A stretch of DNA of 42,760 bases from Kiritimatiellia bacterium (GTDB lineage Bacteria; Verrucomicrobiota; Kiritimatiellia; UBA8416), in NCBI GenBank assembly GCA_007129405.1, contig SKVN01000072.1, forward strand, positions 1-42,760. The letters run 5' to 3'. Below, piece after piece: positions 1 through 8,175 of the stretch. Each line of letters starts with the position of its first letter. The stretch's first letter is position 1. Under the pieces are notes generated by a model, which was given only the letters and a program-made list of their open reading frames with translations, made no database searches and was not told where the DNA came from. The translations under genes were made by a program, and so were the position numbers.

Positions 1-855
1 GCGCACCCCATGTTTCGTCGTGATGTGCCCGGGCAGAAGTCGTTTTCCAAATTGCGCAGTGCGATCGCTGGTTTGTACGCGCATCGCGGCATGATGCGTG
101 AAGCAGAAATTGCGTTTCGCGAGTCTCTTGATCTGTATCCCTTATCTCCGGAAGCACACTTTCGTTTGGCAGAGCTATATTTGCGGCGTACCCGCTTCGA
201 AGATGCCAAAGAGTTGATTGAAAATTTTATTGCATTTGATCCGGCCAATGAGCGTGCAGAGAACTTTTTGGATCAAATCCATCATTTTGAGCGTATGCAC
301 TTACGTGTGCTGGAGCTCGAACAGCAGTTACGCGATGGTACCATCACGGCGCAGGATGCTCTTTCGCTGGCAGATGCTTACCGCCAGCGCGGGCAAACGG
401 ATCGTTTTCGTGGGTTGGCGGAGAGTATTGCCACGAATCCAGATTCGCCTGCCTTTTTGCTTCTTCCGCTAGGGCAGTTATATGTACAAGCGGGTATGTA
501 TGCGCAGGCTGGAGAAGTTGTGCAAACGGCACTGGATCGTCTACCGCCTCATGCACCTCCACAAGCATTTCACGAGGCTTTGGCTACGCTACGTGCAATT
601 GGAGATTATGATAGAGCTGCTGCTGTTCTCTCGCGGTTTTTGGAACAGCACCCCGAGGCTTGGGAAAGTTGGATTGCGTTAGCAGAATTACATGCGGCGC
701 GTAATGCGTTCGATGCTGCAGGGGTGGCGCTTGGAGCCGCGATCCGGCATGGGGGTAGCGAGGCCCGATTGGCCATCGAAACGAATCCGACGTTACGCCG
801 GATTCAACAGGAGCGCACAGAGCATCGTCAAGGTGTATTTGGCGTCGGTCGATGA
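1..855 (+). CDS. C-terminal TPR region of a larger protein, 5' truncated by the window; possibly the end of a DUF2723-type membrane protein
   Basis: Frame is open from base 1. Helical TPR-like repeats (AEIAFRESLDLYPLSPEAHFRLAELY; LEQHPEAWESWIALAELH). The QKSFSKLRSAIAGLY segment resembles PVC DUF2723 proteins from memory. Confidence 0.7.
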   Translation, partial: AHPMFRRDVPGQKSFSKLRSAIAGLYAHRGMMREAEIAFRESLDLYPLSPEAHFRLAELYLRRTRFEDAKELIENFIAFDPANERAENFLDQIHHFERMHLRVLELEQQLRDGTITAQDALSLADAYRQRGQTDRFRGLAESIATNPDSPAFLLLPLGQLYVQAGMYAQAGEVVQTALDRLPPHAPPQAFHEALATLRAIGDYDRAAAVLSRFLEQHPEAWESWIALAELHAARNAFDAAGVALGAAIRHGGSEARLAIETNPTLRRIQQERTEHRQGVFGVGR

Positions 856-873
856 GATGCGACGAGGTGTGAC

Positions 874-1506
874 ATGGCAACGATTCACAGTCGCGATTTG
901 CAACAATTTCATGATGTGGAGCGTGCATTGTGGAAGCTGTTCTCCGTTTTTGGGCCCTTATGTGGCAGGTGTGCTCGCAAAACATTACGCGAACATGCTG
1001 CTGGCAAGCGGGATGATCGTGCGTCGTGGTGCTGTTGCATGATTGATAACCAAATACATGATCACTGGGACACCTTGAATCCCGTGCAGTCTCATTTTGA
1101 CCGTAAGTGGTATGATAAGTTGACGCCCTTATCGATGGGGCGAATGCCAGGTAACGGACCATGCCCTGCGCTTGGTGCGCAAGGATGCCGTTTGCGGAAA
1201 TGCCGCCCGGTTACGTGTACCACGCAGCTTTGTTCCAAAATGCTTGCGGTCTTGCGATGCGTCGGGTTATACGATGGGCGCACAACGGCTGCGCGTCAAA
1301 TCGAGGAATTGCTGCCTTTACCGGATATTCTGCATGCGCTGTATCGAACGGGTGGCAAGGGGCGTAAAGTGACGCGGGATGAGGTTGCCCAATATATTGG
1401 GATGATTCATGCGTATCGTGCAAAGTTCGAAGCCGTTGCCGAGGATGCACACTGTGCTGCGATTGATGCGGTATTGCCAGATGATGGTCAGGATGAGGAG
1501 ATGTGA
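874..1506 (+). CDS. Cys-rich protein, divergent YkgJ/CxxCxxCC-like metal-binding family
   Basis: GAGGTG SD upstream. 12 Cys, including CGRC, WCCC and CPALGAQGCRLRKCRPVTCTTQLC. Confidence 0.6.
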   Translation: MATIHSRDLQQFHDVERALWKLFSVFGPLCGRCARKTLREHAAGKRDDRASWCCCMIDNQIHDHWDTLNPVQSHFDRKWYDKLTPLSMGRMPGNGPCPALGAQGCRLRKCRPVTCTTQLCSKMLAVLRCVGLYDGRTTAARQIEELLPLPDILHALYRTGGKGRKVTRDEVAQYIGMIHAYRAKFEAVAEDAHCAAIDAVLPDDGQDEEM

Positions 1507-1508
1507 CG

Positions 1509-2288
1509 ATGCGTATTGGGATTGCGCAGATAGCTGCTGATACGATTGACCCATTCGAAACAAGTCATTATGAACGCTTTGTGGCGCGTGCATGTGCTGC
1601 TGGCTGTGCATGGGTGCTATTTCCTGAATTGTCAGATAGTGGGTATGACTTGGAGACCCGTGCGGCGATGACGAGTTCGCATCAGGCTGCGTTGGCAGAT
1701 ATGGCCCGAGATGCCCGGTTGTGGATTTTTGCGGGATTACGAAAAAAAGAGGAAACGGGAGAGCAAAATACGCTCATGGTTTTTTCGCCTGATGGGCGAA
1801 GTTTGCCGTACTACAGCAAGATGCACTTGTTTTCACATGAGACCTTGTGTGAGGATGCAATATTTGTAGCAGGGTCAAGTCCTGTTGTTGTCAAGCTGGA
1901 TGCGTTTTGTGTAGGTTTATCGATCTGTTTTGATTTGCGATTCGCTGCACTCTATCGTGCATACGCACATGCGGGTGCTGATATTTTTGTTGTCGCTGCG
2001 GCTTGGCCGGAAGCGCGTATTGCCGATTGGCAGTTGTTACTGCAGGCGCGCGCCTTGGAGAGTCAGGCTTTTGCGATTGGTGTAAATTACAGTGGTAAGA
2101 GAGGTGCCGTGACTTTCGGGGGAAGATCGATGGTTTGTGGTCCAGATGGAAAGGTTCTCGCTACGGCATCCGCAGATGCATCTGCGCTGCTTGTGTGTGA
2201 TCTGGATCTCGAAGAAGTTGGTCAAATACGCCAAGATTTTCCTGTTTTGCGACATGATCGTGAAATTGGAATGATCGTGAAAGGGTAA
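1509..2288 (+). CDS. Carbon-nitrogen hydrolase (nitrilase superfamily, Nit/omega-amidase-like)
   Basis: Glu-Lys-Cys triad motifs LFPE, YSKMHLF, ICFDLRF, plus ARALESQ. GAGGAG SD before ATG 1509; alternative GTG start at 1503. Confidence 0.9.
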   Translation: MRIGIAQIAADTIDPFETSHYERFVARACAAGCAWVLFPELSDSGYDLETRAAMTSSHQAALADMARDARLWIFAGLRKKEETGEQNTLMVFSPDGRSLPYYSKMHLFSHETLCEDAIFVAGSSPVVVKLDAFCVGLSICFDLRFAALYRAYAHAGADIFVVAAAWPEARIADWQLLLQARALESQAFAIGVNYSGKRGAVTFGGRSMVCGPDGKVLATASADASALLVCDLDLEEVGQIRQDFPVLRHDREIGMIVKG

Positions 2289-2302
2289 AAAAAGGGGGGG
2301 GC

Positions 2303-3580
2303 ATGGAAAAAGCACAATCCGAAGAACTGCGTTATAAGAAGACGCTTCAATATGGTATTTATGTGTTTCCTGTATTGCTGTTGTTGGTGGGACTTTTTAG
2401 TGCCTCTCCCGCCACGGTTTGGAAGGGGTTACGAAGTATCATCGCTTCTCCCAGTGTTCTCTTGCACGACTATTTGTATGTTGGTGGGTTGAGCGCGACG
2501 CTGGTCAATGCGGGGTTGTGTGGCATTATTTGTTGTGTGTTGCTGGCTTTGTTGCGGGTTGAGCTGAACGGCCCTTTCGTGGCTGCGGTTTATACGGTCA
2601 TAGGATTCGCATTTTTCGGTAAGAATATTTTCAATATCTGGCCTATTTTCATCGGAATTGCACTTTTTGCCAAGGTGCAGGGCGTGCCTACGCGTAATTA
2701 TGCTCTCGTGGGCCTGTTTGGTACCACTCTGGCGCCTTTGGTCAGTGCAATTGCGTTTGGTTCGCATCTTTCCGGGGGCATTGCGGTCGCCTTGGGTGCA
2801 GCCTTAGGTGTGCTGGCGGGGTTTGTGCTGCCACCACTAGCATCGCATATGTTGCGCTTTCATGATGGTTACAATATCTACAATACCGGTTTTACAGGGG
2901 GGATTGTCGGATCTTTTCTCACTGCGTGGCTGCGTAGTTTTGATTTCACCGTGGCTCCGACGTCGCGGTTATCAGATCAATATGACGTTTTTCTGAAAGT
3001 GCTGTTGTTAGGCTTCTTTGTGTTTCTCATGCTTGCGGGGTATGTGATCGATCGGCTTGGTGCTCGCGTTATCGCGGAAAAGATGCGCTTGATTCATGCT
3101 TCATCCGGCCGGCTGATTAGCGACTTTATGCGCATTGGGGATGTCCCGTCTTCAATCTTTAACATGGGGTTCATGGGGCTCATCTCTTCTTTCTTTGTGA
3201 TCGCCTTGAATGGACGTTTCAATGGACCCGTCATTGGGGGGATTTTGACGATTGTCGGGTTTGCGGCTTTTGGTAAACACGTGAAAAATTGCGTGCCTGT
3301 CTTGCTTGGAGTGTATCTGGCATCCTTGTTAAAGGTGTGGGATGGTGGTAGCACGCCGGTGATCATTGCGGGTCTTTTCGGTACCACGCTTGCTCCTATC
3401 GCGGGGCAGTTCGGTGCACTCGCTGGCGTGTTGGCGGGATTTTGCCATTTGTCGATCGTGATGAATGTGGGGGTATTGCACGGTGGGGTGAACTTATACA
3501 ACAATGGTTTTGCGGGGGGCTTTGTGGCATCGTTTCTGGTGCCGATTATCAATTCCCTGAAAAAGGAGGATAAGGCATGA
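2303..3580 (+). CDS. DUF1576-like polytopic membrane protein
   Basis: Hydrophobic throughout. Duplicated motifs GFAFFGKN/GFAAFGKH, LFGTTLAP twice, HDGYNIYNTGF/HGGVNLYNNGF. Confidence 0.8.
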   Translation: MEKAQSEELRYKKTLQYGIYVFPVLLLLVGLFSASPATVWKGLRSIIASPSVLLHDYLYVGGLSATLVNAGLCGIICCVLLALLRVELNGPFVAAVYTVIGFAFFGKNIFNIWPIFIGIALFAKVQGVPTRNYALVGLFGTTLAPLVSAIAFGSHLSGGIAVALGAALGVLAGFVLPPLASHMLRFHDGYNIYNTGFTGGIVGSFLTAWLRSFDFTVAPTSRLSDQYDVFLKVLLLGFFVFLMLAGYVIDRLGARVIAEKMRLIHASSGRLISDFMRIGDVPSSIFNMGFMGLISSFFVIALNGRFNGPVIGGILTIVGFAAFGKHVKNCVPVLLGVYLASLLKVWDGGSTPVIIAGLFGTTLAPIAGQFGALAGVLAGFCHLSIVMNVGVLHGGVNLYNNGFAGGFVASFLVPIINSLKKEDKA

Positions 3581-3930
3581 AGCATGAATTAAAAAAGGTT
3601 CTTAAGATTGCTGACGAAGTGATGACGGTTTGTATGTACAAATTTGATCCTGTAAAAGCTTATTTTACCACGGAAAAGTGTGAGACAGGCTATGAGCTGT
3701 TTTTTCGATTTGAATCTGTCACGGTCAGCGACAAAGAGCTGGATGACTTACGCGAAAAATTGTCCGCTGAGCGGAATCCTGAATTAGAGGATTACTATTG
3801 GCAATTAGCGGGCGAAGTGGAGAATAGCAATGAATTGTATCTAGTGGCACTCATGAGTGATTTGTCTGAAGTCTGCTATGATGGGAATGATCTCGCAATT
3901 CATCTTTCTCGTAAAGCAGAACAAGCCTAA
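3577..3930 (+). CDS. Small acidic soluble protein coupled to the DUF1576-like gene
   Basis: ATGA overlap with the upstream stop, AAGGAGG SD, motif RNPELEDYYWQLAGE. Confidence 0.75.
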   Translation: MKHELKKVLKIADEVMTVCMYKFDPVKAYFTTEKCETGYELFFRFESVTVSDKELDDLREKLSAERNPELEDYYWQLAGEVENSNELYLVALMSDLSEVCYDGNDLAIHLSRKAEQA

Positions 3931-3942
3931 GGTGTTGATTTG

Positions 3943-4992
3943 ATGATGCCGCAGGCGCCATTCTCTCCAACCGTGCCTGACGATGTGGCTGGTATTTTTG
4001 ACGCTCTCGGCTTGACGCTGCTGGGAATTGCCGATGCCATGCCGGACGCTGCCGCGACTGCGAGATATCAAGCGTGGCTGCAGGCCGGACGGCATGGTGA
4101 TATGGTCTGGATGGAACGACATGCTGTAGGAAAGTATGACCCATCGCAGATATTGCCGGGGTGTCGGTCTGTCTTGGTTACAGGGCTTTCCTATTATCAG
4201 CCTGGCGCGTGCGGTGTTGGGCAGGGGCGTATTGCGCGCTATGCCTGGGGGCGCGATTACCACAGGGTGCTTGGTAATCGGTTGCGCAGGGCGGCGCGCC
4301 AATTGACGGATCGCTATCCGCAAGATCGCTTCAAGGGGTATACCGATGCTTTGCCATTAGATGAGCGTTATTATGCCTGTGCAGGCGGTGCCGGTTTCAT
4401 CGGTCGTAATACCCTGCTCATTCATAGTGCTTTGGGAAGTTGGTTTGTGATTGGCGAAATCTTATCCGCGCGCCATTGGCCTGCCACACCACTGCGAGAG
4501 CCTCGGCATGGTGCTTGCCCGACGGGCTGCCGCAAATGTCTCGATGTATGCCCTACAGGTGCGCTTACAGATTTTGGAGAGATCGACGCCAGTCGTTGTA
4601 TTTCTTATCTGACGATCGAAAATAAGGGACCGATTCCGGCGGAGTATCGTAAAGCGGTAGGTGCCTGGCTTTTTGGATGTGATTTGTGCCAGGAGGTTTG
4701 CCCGTTTCAGTTACGCAAGCAGGTTACAACAGAGCGCGATTTTCTGGCATGGCGTGCGGGGCCTGGTGTTTCGCCATCTGAAATTCTTGCGATGGACGAG
4801 GATGCGTTTGCCGCACGCTTTGCAGGTACTCCGATCATGCGTACAGGATTATGGCGCATGCAGAGAAATGCTTGCATTGTGGCTGGTAATTTGCAGGATG
4901 CACAAAGTTTGCCTGCATTACACCGTATGCGGATCGGAGCAGATCTGATTCTTCGCGAGCATGCGGCGTGGGCGCTGGCCCAATATACTTGA
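3943..4992 (+). CDS. queG: tRNA epoxyqueuosine(34) reductase
   Basis: GRHGDMVWM, RIARYAWGRDYH, GFIGRNTLLI, GSWFVIGEI; ferredoxin motif CPTGCRKCLDVCPTGAL; CISYLTIE; GCDLCQEVCP. Confidence 0.95.
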   Translation: MMPQAPFSPTVPDDVAGIFDALGLTLLGIADAMPDAAATARYQAWLQAGRHGDMVWMERHAVGKYDPSQILPGCRSVLVTGLSYYQPGACGVGQGRIARYAWGRDYHRVLGNRLRRAARQLTDRYPQDRFKGYTDALPLDERYYACAGGAGFIGRNTLLIHSALGSWFVIGEILSARHWPATPLREPRHGACPTGCRKCLDVCPTGALTDFGEIDASRCISYLTIENKGPIPAEYRKAVGAWLFGCDLCQEVCPFQLRKQVTTERDFLAWRAGPGVSPSEILAMDEDAFAARFAGTPIMRTGLWRMQRNACIVAGNLQDAQSLPALHRMRIGADLILREHAAWALAQYT

Positions 4993-5002
4993 AGGAATGT
5001 AC

Positions 5003-6265
5003 ATGTCTCCCCCTTTTCTCCAACATCTTGTTGCGCTGCGAACCATTCTGGGTACACACATATTGTTTACTGTGGGTGTCATGTTACTGATGGGGTATTG
5101 TATCGGTATTCTGTCGCGTCGGATTCGATTACCTGAAATTACGGGGTTTATCTTGGCGGGTGTCATGTTGGGGGATAGCTTGCTGGGAGTGGTGCCGCTG
5201 CAGATGACGGGTTCGATGAAAATGATTACCGAAATTGCCTTGGGCCTGATTGCCTTGACCATTGGCAGCGAGTTCTCGCTTGTGAAGCTGCGGCGGATGG
5301 GGAAGACCGTTGTCTGGATCTCGGTCATACAATTGTTGGGCACGTTTGCCGTTGTATTCGGGGCGATGAGGTTGGCTGGGCTTGCGCTTCCGTTTGCGAT
5401 GGTCATTGCTGCCATCGCAACGACGTCGTCTCCAGCCGTGGTTGTTGCCATTGTGCAGTCGTTGCGTGCAAAAGGATTCTTTGTCGATTGTCTATATGGA
5501 GTGGTTGCTCTGCTCGATGCAGGGGCTGTTATTTTGTTTGGGATTTGCTTTTCCCTGGCAGCCGGCATGCTGGGATGGGTTGGGGGAGATGCTGGTCCGG
5601 GGAGTTTGTTCTGGGCGGCCGTAGTGGAAGTTGTGGTGTCGATTGTTGGCGGGCTCATTATGGGAACGATTCTGCATTTGGCGGTATGTCGAAAAAACCA
5701 TCCCAACGAGATTTTGTTGATCGTTTTGGGTGTTACCTGCTTATGCACAGCCATTGCCATCGTGTTTCATCTGTCGCCTCTTCTGATGAACATGGTCGCG
5801 GGAGCTGTCATGATCAATCTGTCGGCCCGCCACCATCGGATTTTTCGTATGTTAGAGCCACTCACTCCTCCGATTTATGCGCTGTTTTTTGTGCTGGCCG
5901 GGAGCGAATTGCAGCTATCCTTGCTCACGCGTCCTACGGTTTTGTTGTTGGGGGGCGTCTATGTTTGTAGCCGGAATCTGGCAAAATGGGCAACGACGTA
6001 TCTGGGGGCACGTCTCGCGCATTGCCCGCCCCCGATTCAGATGAATCTAGGATTGTGCATGTTGCCGCAGGCAGGGGTTGCCCTCGGGTTAGTATTGTTG
6101 ATACAGGCTTCTCCGCAAGCAGCCAACATGACACCGTTGCAAGCGGAAGTGACAGAAACACTGGTCAATGTTGTTTTGTTGTCCGTGTTTATCAATCAGC
6201 TACTGGGTCCGCCTTTGGCGAGGGGGGCGGTAATGCGCGGGAATGACATGGAGGAAGATGAATGA
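5003..6265 (+). CDS. Cation:proton antiporter (CPA2/Kef-like)
   Basis: Many TM segments; LPEITGFILAG, IALTIGSE, ATTSSPA, VALLDA, LPQAGVALGL. AAGGA SD before ATG 5003. Confidence 0.88.
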   Translation: MSPPFLQHLVALRTILGTHILFTVGVMLLMGYCIGILSRRIRLPEITGFILAGVMLGDSLLGVVPLQMTGSMKMITEIALGLIALTIGSEFSLVKLRRMGKTVVWISVIQLLGTFAVVFGAMRLAGLALPFAMVIAAIATTSSPAVVVAIVQSLRAKGFFVDCLYGVVALLDAGAVILFGICFSLAAGMLGWVGGDAGPGSLFWAAVVEVVVSIVGGLIMGTILHLAVCRKNHPNEILLIVLGVTCLCTAIAIVFHLSPLLMNMVAGAVMINLSARHHRIFRMLEPLTPPIYALFFVLAGSELQLSLLTRPTVLLLGGVYVCSRNLAKWATTYLGARLAHCPPPIQMNLGLCMLPQAGVALGLVLLIQASPQAANMTPLQAEVTETLVNVVLLSVFINQLLGPPLARGAVMRGNDMEEDE

Positions 6266-7086
6266 TTTTGCTGGATGCTATATATGCCGACTGTTGTTGT
6301 GTGGATTTTCATGCCCGAAATAAGGATGAGGTGCTGCGTAAGCTTGCTGACTTGATGGCGAGACATCCTGCGGTGGCGGCGATCGGGGCAGATGCGGTCT
6401 ACCGGTTGCTTTCCGATCGGGAGGCCAAGGGAACCACCGGGCTGGGGCGCAGTGTGGCTTTGCCACATGCCCGCGTTCAGGGATTGAAACAGTTTGTTGT
6501 GGGCGTGGCCGTAGCACCGAAGGGCGTAGATTTTGGTGCGATTGATCGCCGCAAGTGCCGGCTCCTATTTGTGGTTCTGGGGCCTGCAGAAGAACCGAGC
6601 GGGCACTTGAAGGCATTGGCTGGCATATCTCGCATCACAGGTTCGGCGCGTCGCCGACGTACCCTGCTGCTGGCAAAAACATCCGAGGCACTATATGAAG
6701 TCATGGTGCAGCATTGCGATCCAACCGCGTCTCCTTCTGCACAGACCCAGAAAATGCGTATTTTGCTCATGATTCTTTACGATGAAGATTTATTATATGA
6801 TATTCTACAGTATTTTCTGGAGCAGGGGGTCGAGGGCGCAACGGTGCTGGAGGGACTGGGGATGGGGCATTACATTTCGAACGTACCTGTTTTTGCTGAA
6901 TACATAGGTTTTATGCAGAAGCGCAAACAGCATAGTCAGACCATCTTTACACTCATTCCGGCAGAACGTGAAGCGGCCTTGCTGGAAGGTCTTGAGTTGA
7001 TTACGGGCGATATGCAGACGCGCCAAGGCGCGATGGTGATAACGGTGGATACGGCATTCCATAAGGGAAGTATGCGCATGCTGTAA
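6262..7086 (+). CDS. PTS EIIA (Ntr/fructose-type) domain fused to a C-terminal PII-like domain
   Basis: REAKGTTGLGRSVALPHAR phospho-His motif, GVDF, HLKALA. The C-terminal GVEGATVLEGLGMG...TIFTLI...GAMVITVD pattern follows PII topology. ATGA overlap with the antiporter gene. Confidence 0.85.
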   Translation: MILLDAIYADCCCVDFHARNKDEVLRKLADLMARHPAVAAIGADAVYRLLSDREAKGTTGLGRSVALPHARVQGLKQFVVGVAVAPKGVDFGAIDRRKCRLLFVVLGPAEEPSGHLKALAGISRITGSARRRRTLLLAKTSEALYEVMVQHCDPTASPSAQTQKMRILLMILYDEDLLYDILQYFLEQGVEGATVLEGLGMGHYISNVPVFAEYIGFMQKRKQHSQTIFTLIPAEREAALLEGLELITGDMQTRQGAMVITVDTAFHKGSMRML

Positions 7087-7100
7087 AGCGCGGTTGCGGG

Positions 7101-7919
7101 CTAGCGACTTTGGATGGCTTCGAATTCCTGCGTGTAGAGATGCGCGATGGTGTCGGAGTAGATGACAACGGCATTTTCGTAACTCTGGGTAGCGGCCGTA
7201 ACCGTGAAATTGAACGATCCGGTAAAAACCACGGCCTGATCCAGTATCGCGAATTTATGGTGCATGGATGCAAAGCGCCCGCGCATTTGAATAGGTGTCG
7301 TGGTGATGTTGCGGTGCGCACCCAGTGTCGTGATGATTTTAGACATTCTGCCGACTTCGATCTGGCCTTCATCGTATTTGATATGGATCCGAACACCTCG
7401 CTGGGCAGCCTCTTGTAAGGCTTCTGTGATGGGGAGGCTGGTTATGGTATAGATCGCAATTAAAATCTCGCGTCTGGCCTCGTTAATGGCATCCGTGAGG
7501 AGGGATTCGCAATCGGGTCCAAAGGTGGCAATCACGCGTGCGTCGGATTCGCGACGTCCCTGCAGTACATTTCTGCGACTCGTTGATAATGGCTCTGTGC
7601 CACGTTGGCCGGACAAACGCCTTGCGATGATCTGATCGCGCCATTCCAGGCGGTGCATCGGAATCGCGATCCTCTGATTGTCACGTCCTTTGAGTATGAC
7701 TTGATTCTGCTGCAAGTTGATAAAGGCGGCTTCGATTGACTCTCCAGCTTCACTATTCCAGATGCGATAAGAGAGCGGAGGAGTGGTCGTGTCATCCGTT
7801 TCATTGGCAACCGCGAAAAGGTTGCATAAAAGCAATATGAGAACCGCGTTGCAGAATCTGACACCAGTTTTGCCGCGTCGGGATATTTTGCTCTGTGAAA
7901 CTGTCATGCTGTGCATCAT
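7101..7919 (-). CDS. Exported single-HKD phospholipase D/Nuc-like protein with an N-terminal SHD1-like domain (start uncertain, 7907-7943)
   Basis: HHKFAILD-x6-GSFN motif, IAIYTIT, SYENAV. RIWNSEAGESIEAAF...VILKGRDNQRIAIPMHRL...DQ is SHD1-like. Hydrophobic signal AVLILLLCNLFAVA. Confidence 0.8.
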   Translation of the reverse strand: MMHSMTVSQSKISRRGKTGVRFCNAVLILLLCNLFAVANETDDTTTPPLSYRIWNSEAGESIEAAFINLQQNQVILKGRDNQRIAIPMHRLEWRDQIIARRLSGQRGTEPLSTSRRNVLQGRRESDARVIATFGPDCESLLTDAINEARREILIAIYTITSLPITEALQEAAQRGVRIHIKYDEGQIEVGRMSKIITTLGAHRNITTTPIQMRGRFASMHHKFAILDQAVVFTGSFNFTVTAATQSYENAVVIYSDTIAHLYTQEFEAIQSR

Positions 7920-7954
7920 ACTGTGTTTAGATATGGTTCGCAACTTTTAGAATT

Positions 7955-8146
7955 GTGGTCGCCTCCGCATCACCGACCACGGCACTCCGTGCCAACCCAA
8001 AGCGGCGATTCGGATCGCCGCAGTCCAAAAAATAACCACAACCCCAATATGGAGTGCGGTGATGTCTTCGTCCCTACTCCCTTCGGGGCACGGGGCTACG
8101 GTGGCACAGGCGCGCGACAGCGATCTCGCCGCTTTGGAGGGAGCGA
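7955..8146. repeat. REP/REPIN-like palindromic repeat cluster, copy 1
   Basis: CCAAAGCGGCGATTCGGATCGCCGCAGTCCA is followed by the inverted unit TGGAGTGCGGTGA...CGCCGCTTTGG. Parts match 39430-39489 and 42689-42740 as reverse complements. Confidence 0.85.
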
Positions 8147-8175
8147 GAGATAAGAGATAAAGACTCGTGGATATG

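Noticed and set aside
4918-5760. 280-aa antisense ORF, and similar shadows at 584-1162, 3094-3585, 8342-8983 and 22432-22962
   Set aside because: Each is antisense to a well-supported gene and has no motifs of its own.
7860-7895. Twin-arginine signal (SRRGKT) in the PLD protein
   Set aside because: It lacks the conserved Phe/Leu of S-R-R-x-F-L-K.
7101-7919. PLD gene as part of an anti-phage system (DISARM DrmC or restriction-type)
   Set aside because: It has a signal-like peptide and no helicase, DNA methylase or other defence genes nearby.
7955-8146. Repeats as a CRISPR array or tRNA
   Set aside because: The units are inverted, variable and dispersed, with no regular repeat-spacer period, no cas genes and no cloverleaf or T-loop motif.
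7911-8153. 80-aa + strand ORF
   Set aside because: It lies over the REP cluster, and its composition reflects GC-rich palindromes.
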